64,000 nt of DNA from Mytilus edulis (Eukaryota): NCBI RefSeq assembly GCF_963676685.1, contig NC_092349.1, positions 49,352,001-49,416,000 of the forward strand, given 5' to 3'. The notes beneath the pieces are model-generated. The model was not told the origin of the DNA, made no database searches, and saw only the letters and a list, made by a program, of their open reading frames with translations. The position numbers and the translations under genes are program-made. Of the stretch, positions 27,418-41,100 are shown piece after piece. Every line of letters begins with the position of its first letter. The stretch's first letter is position 1.

Positions 27418-29647
27418 TATTTTGGTAATCTTATGACATGTATGAGGAGAAAATGTTTTTGTTCGAATATCAACATACAGAATTTGGGTGTTCACAGGAT
27501 GTAGTGGATGAATGAGTCTTAAAAAACATTTAATTATTCACAGAATATTCAATAAGGGAGAAAAGTTGTGTTTTACAAAGAATTCACATTGGAGATAACT
27601 CTATAAATGTCAGCAATTGTATCAATAAAAAGGAAATTATGTTACTTACAAAGTCTTGAGCTTAATAATAAGTAGTATTAAACTAAATGCTCATCATTGC
27701 ATAGACATACATAAAAGCAATACTTGAACAAAAACAAATAAACAATACATGTATATGAGATTTGGAAAGAAATCAAACATATGCGCATAAATATCAATAC
27801 ATCTGTTAACTTATTTCAAGATAAAAAATCTCTATCTAAAGTTTGTAACTGTTTGAAAGTTCAGTTTATATAAGGAATCTATAACAAAAACTAACATTCA
27901 TCTATTGTTTCTTTTTTTTAATGTTCCAAAACCTATCAAAGTTTTGTGAACTATTCTAGTTTATTGTGCTTTCATTTAATGATATATATACCTCTGTGAA
28001 AACAAATATTGTATAAATTTAGTGTTTTTCAGTTTATACCACAAAGTAAAATATATTGTTTATTCAATCACATGTTTTTAGTACACTTAATGTTTTCTCT
28101 ATTTTGCTAAAAGCCAAATAAATGCAATTTTGGAATAAAACTTTTTTTCAAAATGCATTAATTTAAACATTCTATTCAGACACATATGCATATTTCCCCC
28201 AAACATAGCCATTTTGTATCTAGTTACAAATACAGATAATTAATTATCAACCATTGATTCTTAAATGGACTCCCCTGGTTTACTTTAGAATTTTTATGAT
28301 TTTACATTCAGCAAATTTTGTAAATTGGACAGTAAAATAAAGATAATTTATTACATTTTTTAAAAACAAATGAACACAATCTGTAAAGTAATGATTGAGA
28401 AATATAAAATGAATGTTAAACATGTAAAATGCAACAGCTGTCATATAAAATGTACTTCTTCAAATAAAATACATATGTTTTGCTATAACTGAGAGATCTT
28501 GGTTTGGCGTCTAACCTGGTTCCAGTCACAAAATATAAATCATACATTTTTTTTTCAAACATATATTCATGTGCAGAGTTTAATATTATGCAAAAACAAA
28601 TCAAAATGATAATATAATACATAAAGTCAGGTTCACATGATGGCAAATAATTCTATTAAGTATGAGCTGTCTGTCAAATATTTTCTCTGACAAGTTACAT
28701 TTATTTAACATGGTGTCATTGTGTTATATAGTTAAAATAAAGAACAGAGTTCCAATGTCTACCAGGTTGCAAATGTTTATCTATCTAAGAGAAAACTTAA
28801 AAACTGTTTACTTTTTTTTTCTTTAAAACTGTTTTGAAGGCAAATTCAGTGCAATTTCCAAAATAATTAATATTTCCAAGAAACATTTTATTAAAAATAT
28901 TTGACTGGCTCTGATTTTCAAGCTTGTCTGGGACATTCTTGAAATACAATTTTGATATAAATGAAAACAAGAATTGTATACATGAGAGTGGCAGTGCTAA
29001 CAATTCAATTTTTCATATAAATAATATTTCCAAGGGACATAATTCTTTTTTGAAAATTATTGATTGTTACTGATTTTCTAACTTGTTTGAAACATTTCTG
29101 ATATATACCTATGATTAAAGTTTTATAAAATCTATCAGGATTTGTACACGTGGGTGAGCTTACAAGAACTGATGGACAGACGCCTAGTATTTCTATGTCC
29201 CAAATAATATGTTATGGAGGACTAAATGGTCATAGACCAACATCTTCAACAAAAATGGTTAATTAAACTGATCCTTTGTGAATTGATTTGATTTTTGATT
29301 TTTGGTGTTTAACACCACTTTTAACCAGGCCCCTCTTTGTGTATTGAAGGTGTAGTTCACATGTTATGGTTATCATCTGCATAGTATAACATGTCATGTC
29401 TTGAGTCAAGATTGATTGATCAGTATTGACCGTCACTTTCCGGTAATGTTCTGCCATTTCCTGGCAGTTAGTTTATATTGGTGCAGGAGTGCCTGGAGAG
29501 AACCACCGACCTTTATTTTCCCTTTAAGTCAAGAGGTTAATATATCTTTCAAATAATAGTAGCTTCCATATATATAGGGGTTATTTTCGCGGGTTGTAAA
29601 TTTTGGTGGATAGAACAAAATTACAAAAATAAATTCCACCAATTTAA

Positions 29648-30237
29648 GGTAGATAGGGTGTCTTCCTCCATCTTGGATTTTGAAATATAAGAAAACAAGG
29701 TCTAGATCTTTGATAAAATGTGCAAATTTAGAGATTATTAGGTAATTCATTTGTAAGAATTTTTATCATGATATGGAAAATGCCATGTTTATCATATTTA
29801 TGGTTGTATTTTACAAAAAAAACAAATACTTTTGTTTGATTCAACTTTTTCCAACATTGCAAAATAAGGGGAGGCAACTCAAATGCAAGGGCAGATAGTG
29901 TTACTTTTACAATAGAATGTGTTAGGAATTTACCCATTTTATTATATAGCAAGAAAACGAGTAAGGTGACCCCGTTTTTCCATTTTCTTATCTAAAAGCA
30001 TAATATTGAAGCTATCTTCTTATATTTTATCTCAAAATTCTATGGTGTAGTTTTTGTTTTATGGATTTTCCATGCATAATCTATACAAAATCTGACAATT
30101 TTGCACAACCTGTAGTGTGAAAATAAGTCCTGTGATCCATTCTTTTTATTAATTTTTTTAAAGAAGCAGGATATAAACTACATTTTGGCAAATTATTAAA
30201 AAAATCTATGGATTACATTTAAGACACCCCATCTACC
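29648..30237. mobile_element. Kolobok-like MITE with TTAA TSD
   Basis: TTAA|GGTAGATAGGGTGTCTT ... AAGACACCCCATCTACC|TTAA, nested in another MITE (~29570-30329). Confidence 0.8.
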
Positions 30238-30969
30238 TTAAAAGTGCAAATGATAAAAGTTTTAAATCTGCCAAAATAATAACTGCCAATTATTTAAATT
30301 ATTTATAGAAAATAACTCGCTATACAGTAATATATGAATTTCAATATTAAGTTAGTGTTGTTCCATAAAAACATACACATGGTTATCTGCCATTTGGTTT
30401 CTATTGGAGAGTTTTGTAATAGGCACCCATACCACATCTTCTTATTTTTATATGGAACCCAGGAAGGCACTTTGAAATCTCCAATACAGGTACATGGTAC
30501 ATGGGAGACACAAAAAGTGTAAATTTAAGAGAAATTCTGGCTTAAGACTCTTGAAGAATACCTCTTTTTGAAGGTTCTTCCTGTTTGAATGGAATAGCTC
30601 TAAGCATATATATTTTATGATATATAGTTTTTATACAAAATATAACACTATTTACATATGAGAAGTTCAGATTCAAAGTAAAAGTGGTTGATACAATTCA
30701 AATAAGTCATTTTAAAATAAAAAGTAAAACAATTAAGAATAATATTTAAAAAACACAGCACCACATAATATCTATCATTAATTCTTTGTGAAAGACTTCA
30801 TATTTCTATTGCATAGCTGTTTTATAAATATATAAACAAAATAATGGAATTAAAATTACTTCTTCATTAATTTACAATTGTAGTTTAAAATTTCAAACTA
30901 ATGCAATCTTTACAAAAATTATGTATTTATTAAATTACCTTGTTGTGTAAAGAAAAAAATATAATACAT

Positions 30970-31263
30970 TATTGTATAGCAATATCATATTTCCCACAGA
31001 ACGTAACCAAAAGTTAGCGTGCAATAAATTCTAATATTGCACTAGTGCAATAAATCTTCAAAATTCATGACGTCATCAACATTTAAATCTTAGTTTAAAC
31101 CAATTTTTACTTTCAAATATTATATTGCTATACAATAAAAGGGTTATTGCATGAATATTAGGGAATATTGTCCCTCGTAGAACATATATTGCACTCGCAA
31201 GCTCGTGCAATATAAAATTCTACTCGGGACAATATTCCCCAATATTCATGCAATAACCCTATA
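30970..31263. mobile_element. Non-autonomous IR-module plus long hairpin element (Crypton-like)
   Basis: ATTGTATAGCAATAT...ATATTGCTATACAAT module containing TGACGTCATCAAC, followed by a ~120-bp hairpin (GGGTTATTGCATGAATATT...AATATTCATGCAATAACCC). Confidence 0.55.
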
Positions 31264-32019
31264 TTATTGTCATGTTGGTAATTTTCATCAAAAATATATT
31301 ATATCTTGGTAATTGTGAACAACAACAATCAAACTGACTGTGCAAAATAAACAGCATAATAGACAATATGTTTTGCACATGAATACTTTATCATTATAGA
31401 TAGGTTTTGATTGACCTTATTTGAGCAAGATCTAGAATATGGTTGCCATGATGGAGGTATAAGTACACAAAGTCCTTCATAAATCAGCTCAATTCACAGA
31501 TCACTATCTAGACTTAAAAAAGAAGTGTTTCTATACAAAATATACCCTTGCATAATTCATTACTGCTGCATGTATCTATTAAGGATCACTTATGAATGTC
31601 ACAGTTTCAATTACGTTAAACAAAATGAAAAATCACAAAAATACTGAACTTAGAGGAAAATCAATTCGGAAAGTCCATCATCACATGGCAAAATCAAATA
31701 ACAAAACGCATCAAAAACAAATGGACAAGAACTGTCATATTCCTGACTTGGTACAGGCATTTTTAAATGTAGAAAATGGTGGATTAAACCTGGTTTTATA
31801 GCGCTAACCCTCACTTTGATGACAGTCTCATCAAATTCCGTTATATTTACGAATGAGAATTTCTCCATCCAAAATGACAGACAAGGGAATTAACCCAAAC
31901 TCAAATCATGTCATTCAAAATCTGTTATTTGGCTAATAACATGTAAATAAAAGAATCACGTAAACTATGTAATCTTAAAGATTATAAATATTTTATCATT
32001 GTTGTTAAAACTGACATAA

Positions 32020-32320
32020 ACAAGAATGTGTCCACAGTACACGGATGCCCCACTCGCACTATCATTTTTTATGTTCAGTGGACCGTGAAATTGGGGTAAA
32101 ATCTCTAATTTGGCATTAAAATTAGAAAGATCATATCATAGGGAACATGTGTACCAAGTTTGAAGTCGATTGGACTTCAACTTCATCAAAAACTACCTCG
32201 ACCAAAAACTTTAACCTGAAGCGGGACAGACAGACGAACGAACGGACGAACGGACGGACGAACGGACGCACAGACCAGAAAACATAATGCCCCTCTACTA
32301 TCGTAGGTGGGGCATAAAAA
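32020..32320 (+). mobile_element. Helentron/DINE-like non-autonomous element
   Basis: AACAAG start, internal (GACG/GAAC)n microsatellite, 3' hairpin TGCCCC..TACTATCGTAG..GGGGCA, then an A-run. A degenerate relative lies at ~41040-41355. Confidence 0.65.
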
Positions 32321-34723
32321 TAGTGTCTGAATAAAAATTGAATGTAAGGGTAAAACTTTTCATTTGATATTTATTATTTTTAAGGCTAATTTTCTCAATT
32401 CTGTATATTTTTGGCCCATTATGTTTTATAAGTTATATATCAGCAACTTATCATTCTCTTTTCTATTGTTCTAACCATTTTTCACCATTATATTTTTTCC
32501 CCTTTTTATTTTGGATAACCCAACTCAGATTCTCTTCACTTTTGATGAAGAAGAAACTTTTAATTAAAAAAGACTCTTCACATGTTGTAGAATATAGAAG
32601 CTAGCCTTTTAAAATTTGATTTAAAACTATGTTTAGCATTATATAAATTGCATGGTACATTTTATAGAAATAAAATTATTGCATAAATTTTGATTTACAA
32701 CTCTTAATAATTTATAAATGTAATGACTTAAATTTAACTAGAATATTTGAGGCAATCGCATAGGCTTTATACAAATCTGTTATTGTATAAACAGTCATGT
32801 TGATGGTTTATACGTTTAGTTATGTCTTAAGTATAGAAATGAGACATCTATCAAATTGAAATCTACAGTTGATACATGCATCAATACCTTGTCATAAAAA
32901 ATATGAGAATTTTATTTGAAATATTCTGATCAGGTATATTAGTCTCTAATGCATGATGATAAATATCAGGGTAATATACTTAAAACAAAATAGCACTAAT
33001 TTGCCTATGGCACAGACATGACAGAGAAAAAACAAATATCTAACAATTTTTCTGTTGTCAAAGATAAATAAACAATTTAAACAAACATCACTGCTAACAG
33101 ATATTTGAAGACAAAAAATAACAAACAAAATGTATTACATATATGAAATATAAAAAAAATCATTTTTCACCATAAATATATATATACTGGCACTAAGATT
33201 CAATATTATGGTATATTTGGAATAAGTATAAACAATATTTATATGCAAAATATACAATTCAATCCAATAATTGGAAAATAAGAAGACAACAACATAAAAA
33301 TATATTTCTCTCAATGCAACATCTAAAATTTACTGACCTTGATAAATTGAAAAAATTGTGAAAACTGGATGTAATATTATAAACTCAAAGTTCTGATTAC
33401 CACATAATTTGTAATACATTAACATATAAATGATTCATTACAGTGAGCAAGTTTCAATTTATATTATGAGCTTGCAGTTGACTTTGTAGGCTAGAACTGT
33501 GATTTGTAACACAAAAGAATCACCACTTATTCCAATAATAGTATTTAGTATATTGAAATAAATATATTGAGTTATCTCCCCTTGAACATGTTAGACAGAG
33601 AATATAGTACTTGTTTCTCATCACCAGGCAGTGTTCTACAACTGTGTAAAGTTTTATTAAAATTTGTCAAACTGCTTATGAAGTGGAGTACTTTCAAGGC
33701 ATTTGGATGCACAGACAGACAGATAGTAGTGCTTTAAAATATTTGTACTATTCATGATCATACAATGATAAGTATTTACAATCTTTGAAAACATTCATGT
33801 TTTGAAGTCCACATTTTTGCATTTTTTTCAATATATAAATAATACATAAATAGATACATGTATATGGCAGAGTAGATTTATAATCAAACATATTTAACAT
33901 GAGGACTTAATAAACCTATTTTTCCACAAGACTTGTTCTATAACAGATTATATTGTGGCTATGTCTCTAACTGCCATGTCAAAATAAAAATGGTAGATTT
34001 TTTTAAATTGGTAAAATCCCCTATTTGAAAATACAAATATTCATCTGCCATTAATATAAATGCATAAAAGCAGATATAGGTAACATGTATAAATAAATGA
34101 GACAGCAACTAAATAACAAAAAAAAAAAAAGATTCTTAAGTTCAACATTCAATCTTTAGCAATAGACAAATGTCTTAACAAAATGCATAGCTCTCAATGA
34201 TCTTATTGTAAAAGTACTGTCACTTAAAATTATAGCAAACAATACATTTCTGAAACTCTAAATGTGCTTTTCTAATTTCATGTACAAAAATTCAAAATAT
34301 CAAGAAATTTTTTTTTCACTGTTTCATAAAAAAAAAAATAGATCTTTCCAACATAAAGTAAAAACACCTGACACCATATTTTAAAAATTTACCACCCTTG
34401 TTTTAAACTATAGAAGTGCAAATACTGTTCATGCTGTTGGTCCATTCTTATTTATTGGATACCAATTTTCGAGGATCTCATGGGTATAGGGTACAGCAGT
34501 TCAATGCATTACAGTTTGTTATATGAATATACATGATATATGCCAACTTTGTGGCAAAACCATGAAATCAAATATCCTGTAACATGCAAATTTTCCTCAA
34601 TCCACGAAAATTGGTAACCACAAAAATAAATGAATCCACAATACATGTAGGCATCATTATGCTATCTAACTTATACGACATGATCAAATAATTCTACCTT
34701 TCTCCTGACCTCTTCATACAGAC

Positions 34724-35157
34724 TTAATCATACATTTCTAACTCCTCCCTTGAACTATCATCGACCCCATCAGTTTCTAGGTCATTAACATCTTGTATAT
34801 TTGGTGTTATGTCAAACATTTCTAACTCCTCCCTTGAACTGTCATCGACCCCATCAGTTTCCAGGTCGGTTACATCTTGCACATATGGTGTTATATCAAA
34901 CTCCTCTACAATCTCTGCAACCCTCTTCAGTTCACAATCTTCCAAGGCTTTAATCAGCTTCTCTTTTGTAGCATCATGACCGTTGGACTCTTGCCACTTA
35001 GTTAACATAGAGTAGGCTTTTTCTTTGACATCGTGATGATTCTGGTCAATAATACTGATAGTGCCTTCTCTTATTTCTAGATGTCGCCCAACATTTTTCC
35101 AGTCACTGATTATTTCATGGGAAACCTGAAGGAACAGCTTATTCCATGGACTATTTC
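34724..35157 (-). CDS. Terminal exon: death domain plus duplicated 28-aa acidic tail
   Basis: WNKLFLQVSHEIISDWKNVGRHLEIREGTISIIDQNHHDVKEKAYSMLTKW...ATKEKLIKALEDCELKRVAE matches the death-domain helix pattern; FDITP..DGVDDSSREELEM occurs twice. Confidence 0.85.
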
Positions 35158-38100
35158 CTACAAAAATTCAAACTTTTAAGACTTATCAAAGACCAATTAT
35201 ACAGATTTTTTATTATTTCTTTGTTGTTTTATTTCAGAGCCTGTAATTCATGTGGTTGCAGCTGTTTATTGTTGTTTCTCATATGTGTTTATTGGTTATT
35301 GTTTTGTATAGTTTGTTCTTGTGTTGTGGCTTCAATTATAAACTAGTTTACCACCACCACACTCTGTATTAATGTGCCTGTTCAAATTAAGGAACCTGTA
35401 ATTCAATGGTTATGTTTTTTGGCTGGGAAACACATTTGTTTTTCGTTCATTTTTTCAAACATAAATTACACCATTAGTTTTCTAGTTTGAATTATTTTAT
35501 ATCTGTCATTTCAGGGCCATTTTAAGCTGACTATGCAGGATAGGGTTTGCTCATTGTTGAATGGTGTACTGTGACCTAAAGTTGTCAATTTCTGTGTCTT
35601 TTGGTCTCTTTGTAGAGGGTTATCTCATTAGCAATCAAATCATATCGTTTTATATTTATATTAAGTGTTCTGAGAGTTTGTTGTGAGATCAAAAACTCTT
35701 TTTTGATTTAAAAGTGCAGCCAGCAGCTGCTGTAGGAAAATAAATAGTTAATTTACCATTGGGCTGTTCCAAGGCATCTCTCATTTTTGTAAATGATGCA
35801 GACGATCCAATTATACTAGGAATATTTGGCAGGTTGCCTTCTGAACCAAACACAGTTAAGCTATATCCTACTTGACCAGGAAAATTGTTCCCTCTTTTGT
35901 CAGATAAACCAGAAAGGTTATTTGAGGATATTGGTGGAGTTACACATAGATAAAATTTCTCCTGTTCTGGCGAAGGGGAATTACTCCTTATATCTAATTT
36001 CAACTTTGGTGTAGGTGGTCTGTTGTTAGGTCCCTGGTTAAATAATGGTGTGCTTGTTTTTACATGTGAGCCACTTGGTCCAGGTGTAGACCTAATCTGG
36101 TGATGTTCATGGTGTGTAAAGTTATAATGAGTGTCCAGTTGACTTTCTGATGATGATGTTTTTGCTGCCTGCTTCTGTCTGAGTAAATCCGTATCAGATT
36201 TGTATCCATCCAACACATCAACTGTATGTGAAGATCTTGAGGATTTTATGGGCACTGATATCTGTAAAATGTTATAAAAACATAATTAGTCAGTGTGATA
36301 CAATATTTATCCATTTAAGACAGTTAAATTTCCAAATTTAAAACGCAAGCTCAAGAAGTGTTTTAAATGTTTAAGATTTAACTATCAAGAGTGAATAAGT
36401 CATGTACATGACATATTTATTTTCGATATCACAGACTAGTCAAAACATTTACTAAATTTTATCATCGGTATAAAGACATCATTCGTAAATATAGCTCAAC
36501 ATGCAGACTTCTAATACGTTCAGGTATTTCACATCCAATTCTTTATGGAAATATTCTTTATAAAGCACAAAGGTGTCAGTATTCACCTCAGAAACTTACA
36601 AAACCTTTGAATAGACTTCTTAAGAAGGGATATAACTACGATACTGTTGTCAAGTCATTAAAGATTGCATATTTTGGCGTTAATATTGAGTCACTGATAA
36701 GGTCTTTGCATTGGATTTAAACACATTTATTCTAAAAACAGTTGTTGGCATGACACGGGTTATGTTCTTCTCATATATGTTATGATGGTATGATACTAAA
36801 CCCCTAATGGGAAGGATTGTGCCTGATGTTCATATGATGAAATCATAATCTTTCAGTCAGTTTAATTGAAGTCTAGAGCTGGCATGTCAGTTAACTGCTA
36901 GTAGTCTGTTGTTATTTATGTATTATCATGATTATTGTCATTTTGTTTATTTTCTTTGGTTACATCTTCTGACATCAGACTCGCACTTCTCTTGAACTGA
37001 ATTTCAATGTGCATATTGTTATGCATTTACTTTTCTACATTGGTTAGAGGTATAGGGGGAGGGTTGAGATCTCACAAACATGTTTAACCCCGCCGCATTT
37101 TTGCGCCTGTCCCAAGTCAGGAGCCTCTGGCCTTTGTTAGTCTTGTATTATTTTAATTTTAGTTTCTTGTGTACAATTTGGAAATTAGTATGACGTTCAT
37201 TATCACTGGACTAGTATATATTTGTTTAGGGGCCAGCTGAAGGACGCCTCCGGGTGCGGGAATTTCTCGCTACATTGAAGACCTGTTGGTGACCCTCTGC
37301 TGTTGTTTTTTATTTGGTCGGGTTGTTGTCTCTTTGACACATTCCCCATTTCCATTCTCAATTTTATGGTATGCACGAGATTTGGTGGTGGAATCATTTT
37401 CTCTAATGATTTTTACATGATATGTAGACAAATTTAATACTTTTTTTTAGAAAGATCTGCAAAAATATCTGTTCTTTCTATGTGACATCTTCAGGCATGG
37501 TGCCTTTTTTTCAGAGGAAAGCAAGAAAGGGGAATTTCAGAGGAAAGCAAGAAAATTTGAAGCCATAATGGAATTTTGACCAATGACCAATTGAGATCAC
37601 ACGAACCACATGTTTATTAAATAAAAATAATCAACAGGTCAGGAAATAGATAAATCGGGGAGGGATAAGATAGATCTGTATACCAAGTATATTCATAGAT
37701 TGTTATTATTGTTGTAATATGATTATATTTATATATTTGGTATTTTAAACACATTAACATGTGTGAATAAAGTATATATCTACTATACATGCTATATATA
37801 TATATATATCATCATTGACAAGACATTTTTTTTTTGTAAAAAAATCATTTGACTGAATTACTGATATAATGTATTAAATATTGAAGTCAAAAAACAATAT
37901 CCTGATATCTATGGATTTTCTCATTGACAAATATATGCCAAATGACTATAAATTAGCTGTCATGGAACCTTGCTCTTTTAGTCCATGTTATATTTTTTTA
38001 TCAAAAATTTAAATGTAAAAATATCCTTGTGGCGAATTTTCAAAACCACTACGTCAAGTATCCACGCAAATATTCTTTTTTCCATCAATTCACTGAAACT

Positions 38101-41100
38101 GGTATTAATACAAGCATGTCTAAGTGCATCTAAAGCTAACATACCATTCTGTTGAATATTTTCCTGTTATGTGCACCTCTGGAGATGATCTTAAACTTTG
38201 GATCCTTTTTACTTTGTTGGAGTTCTAGTTTTTTCAATTTCATTTGTAATGCTGCCATTGAAAGTTCCGTTACTAGAAAAATCATTAAATAATGACATTT
38301 AATATCATGATTATGGTTATAGACAATATAAGAATTTAAATTGGAATAATATTCAACAAGTGACATTAATTTTCTATTTTATAAATGAGTAACACTGTTG
38401 ATCATGAGTAATGAGTTGGTTATTTAATTTCCATATTTTAATATATTTCTATTCTGTTTCAAAATAAGAAGATTTTTACGACCATTTTAAAATCATAGTA
38501 TAATTATAAAAGAATGAAAAAAGTAGAAAAGTAAAGGGTCTGTGTGCTTGTTTACGAGATATAAGCAATCGAAAATTTGTTAGGAAATCATTCTCTCTAG
38601 ATTTTTTCAGACTTTAATCATAGGCTACTTTTTTGTTGCAAAACTATCATACTATGAAAAAATAACAAAAATTTAAAAGATTTTCATCCATGGCTTTTTT
38701 TTAAAACTAGTCTATCCAAATTATTTTAGAAAAGAATTCCACTCAAGCCAGTGCTAGGAGTTGTCATAACCTTGCAGTGAGGTGACAGTTTGTTTGGCTC
38801 CTTGTTGAAAACCTCACTTTGATTTTGAGATGAAGAACAGCTATAAAAGTGCTGTTCCTTTGATTTTGTGTGTTTTGTTGTTGATCATGTACTAATTTTG
38901 TGTCATGGACCCCATATCCTCATGTTTTTCCATTATTGTCATGAAATAATGAAAATAAAAGTCGGGGTTAGCAGACAAACTTCTTTTAATGACAATACAT
39001 CATGTACATAGTTAAAACCATAAGATTACGAAAATCTGGCAAAAATTTAAAAACAAAGAGGAGCTTAATTATTCAATTAAGACTTTTAATGTTTAATGGT
39101 AAATAAAGAATAAGAATTAGCTAAAAAAAAATCTAGCGTGTTCTTCCATTGTTTGGTGTAAACATGATAATGCCATTGACAATGCCCTGCAATTGACAAA
39201 CCAAATATTCCAGAGATGTAAAATACTTACCTTTTTCAACTGATCCTGTAGATGATGCCTGGAAAACAGTTTCTATGGTACCAGTCTGTGAGCCAGGACC
39301 TTTGGTAGGATTTTCACAATGACATAAGCAGAGGATCGACCCATCTATGACATTAACATCTTTGTAAGACCTGTGTTTTTCTACATAAAATCCTTTATGT
39401 ACTAGATGAAGTTCACTTTCTTCCAACCTCAGTTTTTCAGCAAAAGAAGAAGTGATTTCTCCTATTTGATCATCTGGGTTATCAACTTTGACATGAATAA
39501 AAGTTTCGTTTAGTTCAGTATCTGTCCTATGTGGTAATGTTTTGTGGAGGTAAAGACGGAATATGATTCTACTTTCATTAAAAAGCATCTCTAAATTTGC
39601 TTTCTTTTCGATAATATCTTCTAAAAGAATAGATTCTTCTAAAGCTTTGTTCTTGTAGAGCAAGTCAAACTGCTTTGGCACTATATCACATCTTTTACAG
39701 ATCTTGTTCTTTAACTCTTCAACTGAACACATAGGATATTCTTGCAAGGTAAAACTGTCCATATCAGGTAACCCCGATTTAATTGTCAAGACTATTTTCT
39801 TAGTTCTACGAACAGTGAGCACAGAATTTGAGCTAATTTTTATGGGCAGGTTCTGTATATTTTCAACTTCGTCAATGACATTTGAACTACTAGGAAGGAA
39901 AACTTCAAAAGATTTTGGGTTCCAATGACAATGTTTTGAGATCTCATGCCTAAGTTCGACTGTTGAGCAATCAGATCTAACAAACACAGTGAATGGATGC
40001 ATGTGTCCTCTATCTTCGCCAATAATTCGGACCCTTAACTGAATATCAGAACATGGCTTAGGAGTAAAATGAACAATGAATGTTGGATAAGAATGATCAA
40101 TATTGGTGTCTCTCATTAACTGTTTTTCATTGAAGAGTAAACAAATGATGGCTTTCATATTGTAATCAACTCTTTTCCCCATGTCATCTGTGACAGAAAA
40201 ATCTGCAATGTCTTTACCACGAAATTCCTTCACTTCTTTAGCTGCTCTCTTTAAGTAAGCTCTTAAAAACTGCTCTATAGTATCTGTTGATAACTGTTCT
40301 ATATGTAAAACTAATGAAGTCTGATAAGATTGGTGGTAACAAAATTTTACTATGTTTGTTTTGATTTTCACTACATCAAAATAAAAAGCATTTCTTGGTA
40401 TTTGATTCAAAATTTCTACTTTCAATGTAGTTTCTCCGTTTTCATTGTCTAGGCACAGTTGAAGTAATTCCTCAGATAACTGTTGTTTAATGAACTGTAT
40501 GTTGTAGAGAGTGATTGGTTTTGGAAGCGATACACAGATAAAAGGTACTGGATTCTCTAAAAGCATTACATTGTTGCTTACAGGAGTTGGTGTATTTGCA
40601 AACTTTTTAGATATGAAAAATGTTAATTGTTTTGTTCTTTCATGTGGAAGAAACACAAATATTGATTGAAAAGATGACAGGAAGGATTTATGGTTTGTAC
40701 CAAAAATTTCAGCATATCGGTCGTTGTTAAGAACATTTGAAAATGGTCTTCCATATTTTAAAATAATGTCTCGCTGGACCAGCTCAAGGTTTACAAAAGG
40801 ATTTATTGGTATCTTAGAAATTTTGCCATCCACAATGTAACTACTGGTGGAATCACAATCGAAGATTAAGAATCGATATTCTGGCTTATCTGATGAAAAT
40901 GAATACCTTTTGAAACTGTTACTACCTTCTTCCGAGTTCAGTGACTCTGAAAAACATATAAAAACATGAAAAGTAATTGCAATGTTTTTGGAAACATGTT
41001 GCCTGAACTTTAACATAGCTTAACCAAATAAATAATGGGGATCTGTGTCCATTTTGCACAGATGATGCCCCTGCCTGCATTTAAAGTGGTGAAAGAACTG

